Assembly (NCBI GenBank): GCA_020630065.1
Contig: JAHDCC010000001.1
Location: forward strand, 38,706 to 102,705
Reading direction: 5' to 3'
Length of the DNA: 64,000 bases
DNA from: Acidimicrobiales bacterium
Lineage (GTDB): Bacteria > Actinomycetota > Acidimicrobiia > Acidimicrobiales > SZUA-35
Below are positions 9,648-19,339 of the stretch, piece after piece. The stretch's first letter is position 1, and the number at the start of each line of letters is the position of its first letter. The notes under the pieces were generated by a model. It saw only the letters and a list, made by a program, of their open reading frames with translations. It did no database searches and had not been told where the DNA came from. The position numbers and the translations under genes were made by a program.

Positions 9648-10688
9648 TTATGCCGCGATAGCGCCGCCGACCACACGATCTTCTTGGTAGAAGACAACCG
9701 ACTGGCCACGAGCTATCGTCATCTGTGGTTTCTGCCACATCAATGTGGATTCGTTGATGTGGCCAACGATTCTGGCCCCATGAGCCGAGGCTTGAATAGT
9801 CAACTCTTTGCTGGTTGGTTGGACTGTCCAAGACACTTCATGTAGAGGCTGGGACACAACTAAAAGTTCTTCACGGCTTCCAACCGTGACCACCCCGGAC
9901 GCAGCGTTTCGATCGATCACATACCGGCGAGTTGAGTTTCCGCCAAGGCCTAGTCCTTTACGCTGACCGATTGACAGGAGTTCAAGCGATTCGGTTTCAC
10001 CAATAGTTGTGTCGGTTGCCGAATCAACGATGCGAGCCGAACGCAGCGGAATATGTTGACGTAGAAATTTTTGCCGACTGGTCACCGCATCATCTTCTGG
10101 CTCGGTTGGGATGAAGCAGACATTTTGACTGTCTGGTTTGTCTGCGGTGTAAAGTCCCAAGTCCTCTGCTTTTCGTCGAACCTCAGCCTTTGTCAGCTCG
10201 CCGACGGGAAGCATTAGCCGCGTTAGTTGGGTTTGATCCAGCATGTGGATGACATACGACTGGTCCTTGTGGTGGTCGGCTCCGCGGGCGACGTAGAAAT
10301 GATTGCCTTGGGTGACTACCCGCGCGTGATGGCCGGTAGCTATTGTTTCGAAACCAAGGGCGTCAGCGCGTCGAAAGAGTTTGTCGAACTTGATGTGCCG
10401 GTTGCATTCGATACAGGGGTTGGGCATCTCAAGGTTTTTGTATGCGTCTATGTACGGCTGGTAGACGTGAGTCTCGAAGTCATCACCGAAGTTAAATACA
10501 TGATGTTCGATTTCGAGCTGATGGGCGACCCGTCGGGCGTCGTCGACGTCGGAAACTGAACAACACGTCGAATCTCCACTCCACAGCTTAAGAGTTACCC
10601 CGACGACGTTGTGTCCTTGTTCGACCAGTAGGGCGGCTGCAACTGTTGAGTCAACGCCGCCTGACATGGCGACTAGTACATCACTCAT
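9648..10688 (-). CDS. mnmA: tRNA U34 2-thiouridylase
   Basis: SGGVDS, PNPCIECN, ATGHHAR, KDQSY and GQRKG motifs. Confidence 0.95.
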   Translation of the reverse strand: MSDVLVAMSGGVDSTVAAALLVEQGHNVVGVTLKLWSGDSTCCSVSDVDDARRVAHQLEIEHHVFNFGDDFETHVYQPYIDAYKNLEMPNPCIECNRHIKFDKLFRRADALGFETIATGHHARVVTQGNHFYVARGADHHKDQSYVIHMLDQTQLTRLMLPVGELTKAEVRRKAEDLGLYTADKPDSQNVCFIPTEPEDDAVTSRQKFLRQHIPLRSARIVDSATDTTIGETESLELLSIGQRKGLGLGGNSTRRYVIDRNAASGVVTVGSREELLVVSQPLHEVSWTVQPTSKELTIQASAHGARIVGHINESTLMWQKPQMTIARGQSVVFYQEDRVVGGAIAA

Positions 10689-10776
10689 AGAACTAGCCTA
10701 GGTCAGCCGACGTCTAAATCGTTATGGCCGTCTTGAAACGATGGGAGTAGTTGATTGGAACGACTAAGGTGTCGGT

Positions 10777-11952
10777 GTGGTTTCATCTTCTTTCAAGCGC
10801 CCTCTCCGCATCGGGATTGATGCCACTCCGCTTTTTGGACAGCCGACTGGGGTTGGGGCTGTTACGAAGTCGATCGTCGATCGGGTAGAAGACTCCTCAG
10901 AGATTGATCTAACCCTGGTGCTGGTTAGTTGGAACGCTAAACGACTGCTGGATTCTTCGCCTATTGTTCGAGGTCGTGATGTTCGGTCTGTTAGATACCC
11001 GGCTCGAGCTGTGCATCAGCTTTGGCAATACTTCGACCACCCCGCGGTCACCGGTTTTGATGTGGTGCATGGAACCAACTTTGTGGTGCCGCCTGGGGGC
11101 GGCGCGTCAGAGTTGGTTACGATCCATGATCTGACCGCATGGCATATGCCCGAGTTGGTTTCTTCCTATTCGTTGGCGTATCCGAAACTCGTTGATCGCG
11201 CCATTGGTAGAGGCGCCCACATCCACGCGGTTTCTCAAGCGGTCGCTGACGAAGTGATCTCTACGATCTCAATCGAACCTGGCCGGGTCCATGTCATCCC
11301 GAATGGTCTGGATTTTTCTCCGAACGATTTAGATGGCCAAAAACCCAAGTTGGCTCGAGCTGGTCGGAAACTAGCTGGAGGCGAGTATGTCCTCTGTCTG
11401 GGGACAATCGAACCGAGAAAGGACCACCCGGGTTTGCTGAAAGCCATGCGGCTGGTCTGGGCCGAGCAACCTGATATCAAATTGGTGGTCGCTGGTGGTG
11501 ATGGATGGGGTGTACAGGCTTATGAGCAAGCGGTTTCCGATCTGGGCCTGATCGACGATAGCCGGATCATTCGGATGGGTTATGTCACCGATGATGAGCG
11601 GTTGAGTTTACTCGCCGGGGCCGAATGCCTTGCTTATCCGTCGCTCTATGAGGGCTTTGGGTTGCCTCCGCTTGAGGCGATGGCGTTGGGTACTCCGGTG
11701 GTGGCGACTGAAATACCCGCTGTCGCCGAGGTTTGTGAAGATGCCGCTGTACTGGTTCCTGTCCGAGACGCTGACGCATTAGCGGCAGGGATTCTGAACG
11801 TTCTGGATAACGGGGCTGCCCGTTTCGACGCCCTGGGTCGCAAACGGGTCGAGGCGTATAGCTGGGATTGTTCTGTCAAACAGCTTCTGACGTTGTATCA
11901 CCAGCTGGCGGATGGGGCGTCGCGTTACCAGGAACGGGCAGTCCACCGTTGA
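10777..11952 (+). CDS. GT4-family glycosyltransferase
   Basis: TIHDL, LGTIEPRK and YPSLYEGFGLPPLEAMA motifs. Confidence 0.9.
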   Translation: MVSSSFKRPLRIGIDATPLFGQPTGVGAVTKSIVDRVEDSSEIDLTLVLVSWNAKRLLDSSPIVRGRDVRSVRYPARAVHQLWQYFDHPAVTGFDVVHGTNFVVPPGGGASELVTIHDLTAWHMPELVSSYSLAYPKLVDRAIGRGAHIHAVSQAVADEVISTISIEPGRVHVIPNGLDFSPNDLDGQKPKLARAGRKLAGGEYVLCLGTIEPRKDHPGLLKAMRLVWAEQPDIKLVVAGGDGWGVQAYEQAVSDLGLIDDSRIIRMGYVTDDERLSLLAGAECLAYPSLYEGFGLPPLEAMALGTPVVATEIPAVAEVCEDAAVLVPVRDADALAAGILNVLDNGAARFDALGRKRVEAYSWDCSVKQLLTLYHQLADGASRYQERAVHR

Positions 11953-12704
11953 TTGATTTGTTGGAGCGTTAAGCGTATGCCGAACACGGTGGTCAAGTTC
12001 TCAGCAGTGAGGACGTCGAGTATCGGGCCCGATATGGCATGCCCGGCCGGGGTGAGTAACAGGCAGTGGGTTGTTGACGTTGGAATGTCTTCGACTTGGT
12101 GGGTGACTAAGACCCAACTTGGGTGACCGATCTGGCCGAGATTGTCGAGGGTCGAGACCAAGGCTTCACGTCCGCCGATGTCGAGTCCGGCCGTGGGTTC
12201 ATCGAGGATCAGCGCTGCGGGATCAGGCATAAGGCTGCGAGCGACGAGAACTCGTTGCCGCTCGCCACTTGAGAGCGTCTGAAATGTTCTTGTCGCATGG
12301 TGGGGGAGTCCGACGTCTGTCAGTAACTCGTCGCTACGTTTTCGATCTTCGACCGTGTAGGTGTTCCACCAGGGTTCGAGGGCTCCGTATCGGCCACATT
12401 GCACGATTTGCGAAGCGGTGAGCTGTGGCCGTAACCGGTCGGCTAACGAAGCCGCCGATAGGCCAATCTTGGCTCTTAGGGGTCGGATGTCAACGCGGCC
12501 AAGCTTGTTCCCGAGCACGGTTAGATCACCGGTGGAGGGGTGCTCGACGAGTGATGCTATTCGGATCAGCGTCGATTTGCCACTTCCGTTAGGTCCGAGG
12601 ATCACCCAGCGTTGGTTGGGAAAGACCGACCAGGTGATGGGTCCTAGAATTCGATGACCTTCTCGGACGAATGTCACACTATCTAGGTCGATGATTGGAC
12701 TCAT
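11925..12704 (-). CDS. ABC ATP-binding protein (ModF/YlmA-like)
   Basis: GPNGSGKST, LSSGERQR, LDEPTAGLD and VTH motifs. Confidence 0.88.
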   Translation of the reverse strand: MSPIIDLDSVTFVREGHRILGPITWSVFPNQRWVILGPNGSGKSTLIRIASLVEHPSTGDLTVLGNKLGRVDIRPLRAKIGLSAASLADRLRPQLTASQIVQCGRYGALEPWWNTYTVEDRKRSDELLTDVGLPHHATRTFQTLSSGERQRVLVARSLMPDPAALILDEPTAGLDIGGREALVSTLDNLGQIGHPSWVLVTHQVEDIPTSTTHCLLLTPAGHAISGPILDVLTAENLTTVFGIRLTLQQINQRWTARSW

Positions 12705-12774
12705 AGCAAGAGGTTAGCGGCACAGTTTAGTCGACCACTCAGTTGGCTCTACTGCTGGCCGATAGAGTTACCGT

Positions 12775-14145
12775 ATGCCTGGTGACAAGAAGCGTTTCGT
12801 AATTATTGGTGGCGGCCCTGGAGGTACAGCGTGTGCGACACATGCTGCACGTTTGGGAGCAGATGTGACGGTCATCGAAAAGGATATTGTTGGCGGCGCC
12901 GCTCACCTTCTTGACTGCATCCCGTCGAAAGCCATGATTGCTACTGGCAGCGTAATGGCTGACATGAAATCCGCTTCGGAGATGGGCCTGTTTAACGTTG
13001 ACGCCGGGTTGGATTTCGAGGCGTTACGTAAACGGATTAGTGGTATCGAAGACCGCCTCGAAGGCTCGATGACACAACTTTTGACCAGTCAAGGCGTAAA
13101 GGTCATCGAAGGCACTGGCCGAATGTTGTCCGAGACGTTAGTTGAAGCGACCGCCAAAGACGGATCCACTACTCAGATCGAAGCGGACGTCATTGTTTTG
13201 TCGACGGGTAGCCGCCCTCGGGTGCCTGACTGGGCTCCCGTAGATGGCGAACGTGTGTTGACGACCCGGCATGCGTACCCGCCGCCGGAGTTACCTAAAC
13301 ATCTGATCGTGATCGGTTCCGGGGTTACCGGGGTGGAATTTGTTCATATGTTTCAGTCGTTCGGCTGTGAAGTGTCACTGATCGTTAGCCGTCAACAGGT
13401 CCTCCCGGAGAAAGACCCTGAAGTCGCAGGCGTGCTTGAACAGAGCTTCTTGGACCGTGGCGTCAACCTTTTGATCGGGGCCCGGGCTGAATCGATAGAA
13501 AAGTCCGACGACACCGTTCGGGTTAATTGCAGCGACGGCCGAATTGCGGAGGGCAGTCACGTACTGCTGGCGATCGGTTCTATCCCAAATACCGACAACA
13601 TCGGCCTTGAGAACACGTCGGTCGATCATGAATGGGGATATGTCAAAGTTGACCATAACTGCCTGTCGTCGGTATCAAATATTTATGCGGCGGGTGACAT
13701 TTCGGGCAAACTACCTGTGGCTTCGGTTGCTACCGCTCAAGGGCGTAAGATAGCCGAGCACGCGATGGGTCTTCACAAAGGGCCTCATCGTCATATCGAC
13801 TATGAGAAGGCAGCGTCTGCGATTTTCACGAACCCTGAGATCGCCGATGTCGGTGTCGCAGAGGCTGATGCGTTCGCTGAAGGCCGTAAGATCCGAGTGA
13901 CCAAGGTGCCGTTTGCGTCGTCGGCTAAAGCGTTGATTAACAACGACAGTCGAGGTTTTGTGAAAGTGGTTTCCGATCCGGCTACCGGCGTTGTGATTGG
14001 TGGGTCGATTGTGGGTCGTCACGCGGCCGAACTTATTTCGGTTCTGGCATTGGCTGTGACCGCTGGGCTTACGGTGTCCGATTTGGCCGAATCGTTGTTT
14101 GTTCACCCAGCGTTGTCCGAGGTTCTAAGCGAAGCCGCCGAATAG
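12775..14145 (+). CDS. lpdA: NAD(P)H-quinone oxidoreductase, actinobacterial LpdA-like flavoprotein
   Basis: GGGPGG FAD motif; GGAAHLLDCIPSK with a single Cys; GSGVTG; C-terminal HPALSE. Confidence 0.85.
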   Translation: MPGDKKRFVIIGGGPGGTACATHAARLGADVTVIEKDIVGGAAHLLDCIPSKAMIATGSVMADMKSASEMGLFNVDAGLDFEALRKRISGIEDRLEGSMTQLLTSQGVKVIEGTGRMLSETLVEATAKDGSTTQIEADVIVLSTGSRPRVPDWAPVDGERVLTTRHAYPPPELPKHLIVIGSGVTGVEFVHMFQSFGCEVSLIVSRQQVLPEKDPEVAGVLEQSFLDRGVNLLIGARAESIEKSDDTVRVNCSDGRIAEGSHVLLAIGSIPNTDNIGLENTSVDHEWGYVKVDHNCLSSVSNIYAAGDISGKLPVASVATAQGRKIAEHAMGLHKGPHRHIDYEKAASAIFTNPEIADVGVAEADAFAEGRKIRVTKVPFASSAKALINNDSRGFVKVVSDPATGVVIGGSIVGRHAAELISVLALAVTAGLTVSDLAESLFVHPALSEVLSEAAE

Positions 14146-14174
14146 GCGAACAAAGACAAGCGAGTATCAGTGCC

Positions 14175-14663
14175 TCAGGTCGTGGCGTTGTGTTGAAGAT
14201 AGTCGTCTAAATTCAGCAACGCGGTCTGTAGATTTTCTGTTGCCGTTTTGATCAGTGGTCGGCTGATGGGTTTAGCCCACCATTTTGGCTCGATGCCGAT
14301 GTGCCATTCGATGGTTGTTTCCGTTCCGTTTTCGATGAGGTGGACGGTTTCGGCCATGCCGTTGAGTAAACCCGGTTTGATTTGGGTGACCGTCATTCCC
14401 CAGGTCTCGTTTGGTTTCCAAAGCGTGATTTGTTCGGTGACGCTGAATTGGTCTTGTTTGAGTTCTCGTATGGAACCGACACCGTGGGGCTCTGCACTTG
14501 TGAAGGCGCATCGGGTGAATCCAGGAAACCAGTCTGGCCAGGTTGAATTATCTGCCAGTACTCTCCAAATATCATCTGGTGGAGCCGTGATCGTAGTGGT
14601 TTCTTTGATCTGAATCGGTGCGCCGGGTATCCAGGTTGGTCGTTGCGGTTTGATAGTGGCCAA
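14175..14663 (-). CDS. SRPBCC (polyketide cyclase/START-like) family protein
   Basis: ITAPPDDIWRVLAD...WPDWFP and GVGSIR motifs; GAGGAG RBS before TTG. Confidence 0.85.
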   Translation of the reverse strand: MATIKPQRPTWIPGAPIQIKETTTITAPPDDIWRVLADNSTWPDWFPGFTRCAFTSAEPHGVGSIRELKQDQFSVTEQITLWKPNETWGMTVTQIKPGLLNGMAETVHLIENGTETTIEWHIGIEPKWWAKPISRPLIKTATENLQTALLNLDDYLQHNATT

Positions 14664-14678
14664 GGTTTCTCCTCAAAT

Positions 14679-14715
14679 AACTGAACACGTTCATTTTAGC
14701 TGAACGTGTTCAGTT
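14679..14715. promoter_or_regulatory. tandem TetR operator (perfect 15-bp inverted repeat; each arm contains TGAAC-N2-GTTCA)
   Basis: AACTGAACACGTTCA-ttttagc-TGAACGTGTTCAGTT between the divergent SRPBCC and tetR genes. Confidence 0.8.
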
Positions 14716-14743
14716 TCATGGATCGGGGTCTATCATTGACGAA

Positions 14744-15331
14744 ATGTCGTCAACGAGTAAGGCCGATGAAACAGCACGACGGATTGCAACGGTGGCCGCT
14801 GACCTTTTTTTAGAACAAGGATTTGAGGACACCACAATCAGCCAAATTGCCGATGCCGCCAACGTCGCAACCGGAACGGTTCTCCTGCACTACGGATCTA
14901 AGGTTGAACTGGCTACCGGCGCCTTCGCTCGACAGATCGCCGAGACCGTAACGGGGGCATCCAGGTCTCTTCCCGACGCCGATATTGTTACACAGCTACG
15001 CCACATCGTCGGAACGTTGTACGAATGGTACGACACCCACGCATCGGTCGCTCGAGTTCTTCTTCAGCAAGCATTGTTCTCCGAGGGCCCGTGGGCAGAG
15101 AAGTACAACGCCACGGTTTCTGAAACCGTGAAGCTCTTTGCTGAGCTTGTGAACACTCATCGGATAGCCGGGGCGATCGACATCGACATCGACCCGGCGC
15201 TGGCGGGGGAGGGGATCCTCGCCGACTATCTACTGGTTTTACTGCAAGGCATTCGAGGGTTATGGCCTGATGTTGAATCTCAACTCGACCATTTCGTCGC
15301 TCTCACAAAGCAGCGTCTTTCCTTGACATGA
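14744..15331 (+). CDS. TetR/AcrR family transcriptional regulator
   Basis: LFLEQGFEDTTISQIADAANVATGTVLLHYGSK HTH. Confidence 0.93.
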   Translation: MSSTSKADETARRIATVAADLFLEQGFEDTTISQIADAANVATGTVLLHYGSKVELATGAFARQIAETVTGASRSLPDADIVTQLRHIVGTLYEWYDTHASVARVLLQQALFSEGPWAEKYNATVSETVKLFAELVNTHRIAGAIDIDIDPALAGEGILADYLLVLLQGIRGLWPDVESQLDHFVALTKQRLSLT

Positions 15332-15354
15332 CGGTTTCGATGTAAAGCTGGTGT

Positions 15355-17109
15355 CTACTCGATGGTGACGACGATATCGCCGCCAGCGACTGAATCGCCG
15401 ACCGCTACGTTAACAGAGGTGACCTTGCCAGAAGCATCAGCAGAAATATTGTTCTCCATCTTCATAGCTTCAAGAACGAGCACCGTGTCGCCGCTGGAAA
15501 CTTCGTCTCCTACCTCGACGTTTACCTTTACTACGGTCCCTTGCATCGGAACGACGACGTCGCCTGACCCTCCGCTCGCGGCCTGAGATTTCCGTTTGGC
15601 CTTTGCGCCGCCCGAGGCAGCTTCTGGCACCCAGACAGCCACGTTGAATAACTTGCCGTCGACCTCGACATCAACGACTCGGCGAATCTTGTTTTCTTTC
15701 TCGATGCCCGGACCGCTGGATGCCTCGATAGGTCCATCAGTGCTGCTGAGATCCAAAGATGACTCGACCCATTTGGTTGAATGCGTGCCAGCCCGGAAAT
15801 CGTCATGATCGATGATTAGAACGTCGGCGGGAATCGTGGTCTTGACCCCAACAATCTCGAATTCGGCCAGCGCTCGTAAAGTCCGTTCGATTGCAGTCGC
15901 CCGGTCGGGTCCCCAGCAGATGAGTTTCCCGATCAGGTTGTCGTAAAATTGGCTGACGACATCACCGGCTTCATATCCGCCGTCCCAGCGAACACCGTAA
16001 CCCGACGGAACGATCAGATGGTCGATCGGTCCAGGTGAGGGAAGAAAAGCACCGCCAGCTGGATCTTCAGCATTAATTCGGACTTCGATAGCGTGCCCAG
16101 AAATCGTTACGTCGTCTTGGGTAAACGGAAGAACGGCTCCGGCTGCGATTTGAAGTTGTAGAGCGACCAGATCGACATCGGCCACGATTTCGGTAACAGG
16201 GTGTTCGACCTGAAGTCGAGTATTCATTTCAAGATAGAAGTACTCGCCGTCTTGATACAAAAACTCGACAGTACCGGCGTTCGTATAGTTAGAACCAGCC
16301 CCGACCTTGACCGCATCGGCTCCCATTGCCGCAACGATTTCATCGCTAAGCCCAAATGCGGGAGCTTCCTCAATCAGTTTCTGATGGCGGCGCTGGGCAG
16401 AACAGTCTCGGGTGCCTAAGTAGACGCCATTTCCGTGTTCATCGAATATGACCTGAATTTCGATGTGTCGGGGGTTGGTGAGATAACGCTCGACGTAACA
16501 TTCATCGCGACCGAAATAGGCGGTGGCTTCACGTTGAGCCGACTCCAGGGCATCTGCGGCTTCTTCAGCCGAGTTGACAACCTTCATGCCGCGTCCGCCG
16601 CCACCGAAAGCCGCCTTGATGGCAACCGGCCAGCCGTGTTCGTTCCCGAACGCAACAACTTCGGCCGACTCGGACAAGAAATCGGTGTTGCCGGGAACAC
16701 CACTGACGCCGACCTTTTCGGCGGCCGCTCGGGCGCTGATTTTGTCACCCATGACTTCGATCGCCTCAGGCGGAGGACCAACAAACTTCACACCACGGTC
16801 GGTAATGCTGCGAGCGAAATCGGCGTTCTCTGAGAAGAACCCATACCCAGGGTGGACGGCATCGGCCTTTGACGTCTCAATAATCCCAAGAATTTTGTCG
16901 GTGTTGAGATAGCTCTCCGCCGCAGTTTCTCCGCCGAGAGCGTACGCCTCGTCAGCCAAGCGAACATGTAGGGCATCTTGATCGAGTTCGGAATACACCG
17001 CAACTGTTTTGATGCCTAGTTCTTTACACGCACGTATTACACGAACAGCGATTTCGCCACGGTTCGCAATAAGCACCTTTGAAAAAGGGGGCTTAGGATT
17101 ATCGGTCAT
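15355..17109 (-). CDS. bccA: acetyl/propionyl-CoA carboxylase alpha subunit (biotin carboxylase + biotin carrier)
   Basis: ANRGEIA, HPGYGF, GGGGRGM, EMNTRLQVEH and the C-terminal EAMKM biotinylation site. Confidence 0.95.
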   Translation of the reverse strand: MTDNPKPPFSKVLIANRGEIAVRVIRACKELGIKTVAVYSELDQDALHVRLADEAYALGGETAAESYLNTDKILGIIETSKADAVHPGYGFFSENADFARSITDRGVKFVGPPPEAIEVMGDKISARAAAEKVGVSGVPGNTDFLSESAEVVAFGNEHGWPVAIKAAFGGGGRGMKVVNSAEEAADALESAQREATAYFGRDECYVERYLTNPRHIEIQVIFDEHGNGVYLGTRDCSAQRRHQKLIEEAPAFGLSDEIVAAMGADAVKVGAGSNYTNAGTVEFLYQDGEYFYLEMNTRLQVEHPVTEIVADVDLVALQLQIAAGAVLPFTQDDVTISGHAIEVRINAEDPAGGAFLPSPGPIDHLIVPSGYGVRWDGGYEAGDVVSQFYDNLIGKLICWGPDRATAIERTLRALAEFEIVGVKTTIPADVLIIDHDDFRAGTHSTKWVESSLDLSSTDGPIEASSGPGIEKENKIRRVVDVEVDGKLFNVAVWVPEAASGGAKAKRKSQAASGGSGDVVVPMQGTVVKVNVEVGDEVSSGDTVLVLEAMKMENNISADASGKVTSVNVAVGDSVAGGDIVVTIE

Positions 17110-17899
17110 GAACGCTCCACTTCACGGGCCACAAGAAACGAGATTCTACCCTGTTGTACACGTCGCTCAGACCGGGTCGACCAATAACGATGTTGTAGCC
17201 GAGGCCCAACGGGGCGCCTCGGAGGGATTCACTCTTATAGCAGACTATCAAACCGAGGGTCGAGGACGATTCGATCGGTCCTGGTTTGCATCCCCATGTG
17301 ACTCACTTTTGCTGTCCACTCTCGTTCGTCCTAGCTTTGAGCTAGTTCCCGTCATCCCGATGTTGGCTGGATTAGCGGTGCAAGAAGCTGTCCAACGGTT
17401 AGCTGTAGAAACTGAACCAGCGGCCGTTGGCCTCAAATGGCCAAATGATGTGATTCTAATCGATCGTTCAGACGCCAAAATTGCTGGAATCCTGGCTGAA
17501 TCGACCATTACTGGAGACGTGGCATCAGTGGTCCTAGGCATTGGAGTAAACATCAAGTTTTCGACCAGCCTCCCAGACGAAATCGCTCACAAAGCAGTCT
17601 GCTTAGAAGACCTGGGACTCGTCGATGACTCCCAACAGCATGTGTTGACCGCCGTATTAGCAAGCCTTGAACGCTGGCTTTCGCTTGCTGAAGCTTCTGG
17701 ACCGTCCGCAATCTTGGCCGAGTACGAAAAACGCTGCACTACGGTGGGTAAAAACATTACATTCACGGGTGCTGATGGTGAAACCGTCACTGGTCGAGCA
17801 TCGGGACTCGACCCGGCAGGCGGGCTGCTTGTTCAAACGGCATCAGGAACCCGAACAGTTTTTAGTAGTGATATCTACCACATAGGTCTCACGACCTAG
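17108..17899 (+). CDS. birA: biotin-protein ligase, no N-terminal HTH
   Basis: TGSTN, QTEGRGR, KWPND, KIAGIL and GIGVN motifs; ATG 17108 is the nearest start before the conserved region. Confidence 0.92.
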   Translation: MNAPLHGPQETRFYPVVHVAQTGSTNNDVVAEAQRGASEGFTLIADYQTEGRGRFDRSWFASPCDSLLLSTLVRPSFELVPVIPMLAGLAVQEAVQRLAVETEPAAVGLKWPNDVILIDRSDAKIAGILAESTITGDVASVVLGIGVNIKFSTSLPDEIAHKAVCLEDLGLVDDSQQHVLTAVLASLERWLSLAEASGPSAILAEYEKRCTTVGKNITFTGADGETVTGRASGLDPAGGLLVQTASGTRTVFSSDIYHIGLTT

Positions 17900-17924
17900 A
17901 CCGACATGCCGACTTGAGAGACAT

Positions 17925-19313
17925 ATGGTTCTTTCCATCTCTCAAATAAAGCAAACAATTTGTGTTGGTTTGGTCGTCGCTGCGTGTATGGCGGTGACGT
18001 TTCCACTAGACGCAAGCGCTCAAACAGCCGAACCTGCGCTGGATCCAACACAGAACCCTTCCGCTTCAACCGTGGTTCCTGAGACAACTACGACTACGGC
18101 TAGCCCTGCTTCGTCGGTGTCGCCTGAAGATCCGACATCTACGACGACCGAAACTGCGTCCGAAGCTCCGCCATCAACGACGATCCCGGACCAGCCGCCG
18201 ACAGATTCGACCACAACTTCGACACTGATCGAACCAACAACAACGGTTGAGCAGCTAGACGCCGCTGAAGGCGAACGATCCCGCGGCGGCTACAGCTCAC
18301 AACCTCCGTTTGTGCCTGATTCGGTTAACCCAGCAAAGGTCGAAGCCGCCCGACAGAAACTCGCCAAAGCAAACCTGGAACTGGCCGAAGCGTCAAAGCT
18401 AATCGAAACCCGTGATGCGACCCTCGAAAGTATCAACTCTCAAGTGGATCAACTCGCCGGCGACACCTCAGAAATGATCAATCAATCAGCGAACCTTCGT
18501 ACTGACGTCCAAGACATGGCGGTAGCCAATTTCCGAAACCCGACTCTCGGGTTCCCTAAGCCAGATATCGAAGACCCGTCAGATGCCATCGTCTACCGCC
18601 GCCTGGTTGCCTTTATTGCCAGTAGAAACGACGAGATGGCAGAACAGTTTGATTTACTCCACAGCCAGCTATCCGACGAAGAGCGGCAACTGGTTGCAGA
18701 AACCAGCCGTCTAAGTGGCGAACGAAACCAGGCACAGATCCTATTCGAACAACGCTCAATCGCTGTCGAACAAGCTGAGATAGAGCTTGAAACATACGAG
18801 GCTGCCGGAGAGTTCTATGTACCAAACGCCGTGTTTCCTATCGCTGCCGGGTACGACATGCCGCTGATTAACTCATACGGATTTGACCGGGCAAGAGGTA
18901 CCGCAGATTCCCATTGGCACGAGGGAATCGATATTTTTGGTCCGCGTGGAACCGAACTTTACGCCGCCGAGACAGGGGTAATCACCAATGTGGGAAGCGG
19001 CCGCCTCGGAGGTCTTGTTATTTCACTGGTCGGCGACAGCGGTACACGATGGTACTACGCCCACCTCGACGGGTTTGCCCCAGGGCTTTCAGAAGGACAG
19101 GTAGTCCAAGCTGGTGACGTCATTGGGTATCTGGGTGACTCCGGAAATGCTCGTGGAACGCCGCCGCATCTACATTTGGAAATACATCCGCCAGAAATTC
19201 GGGTCATCAACCCGTACCCACAGCTAAATGTGCTGGCTCAACGAGACCTTGTTACGAGAGAGCAGAATCAGATCGATGGGGATGGATCAGGACAGAAAGT
19301 GTCGATAAGCTAA
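17925..19313 (+). CDS. secreted M23-family peptidoglycan endopeptidase with Thr-rich linker and coiled coil
   Basis: Signal peptide; HEGIDIF (HxxxD), YYAHL and HLH motifs. Confidence 0.9.
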   Translation: MVLSISQIKQTICVGLVVAACMAVTFPLDASAQTAEPALDPTQNPSASTVVPETTTTTASPASSVSPEDPTSTTTETASEAPPSTTIPDQPPTDSTTTSTLIEPTTTVEQLDAAEGERSRGGYSSQPPFVPDSVNPAKVEAARQKLAKANLELAEASKLIETRDATLESINSQVDQLAGDTSEMINQSANLRTDVQDMAVANFRNPTLGFPKPDIEDPSDAIVYRRLVAFIASRNDEMAEQFDLLHSQLSDEERQLVAETSRLSGERNQAQILFEQRSIAVEQAEIELETYEAAGEFYVPNAVFPIAAGYDMPLINSYGFDRARGTADSHWHEGIDIFGPRGTELYAAETGVITNVGSGRLGGLVISLVGDSGTRWYYAHLDGFAPGLSEGQVVQAGDVIGYLGDSGNARGTPPHLHLEIHPPEIRVINPYPQLNVLAQRDLVTREQNQIDGDGSGQKVSIS

Positions 19314-19339
19314 AGATCCACCATTATGCATTTGTTCCT

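Noticed and set aside
17009-17107. Long N-terminal extension of birA in the ORF track
   Set aside because: It is the antisense of the conserved carboxylase N-terminus; ATG 17108 fits better.
18060-18260. Repetitive ACG/ACC-rich stretch
   Set aside because: It encodes the Thr/Ser/Pro linker of the M23 peptidase and is not a DNA repeat array.
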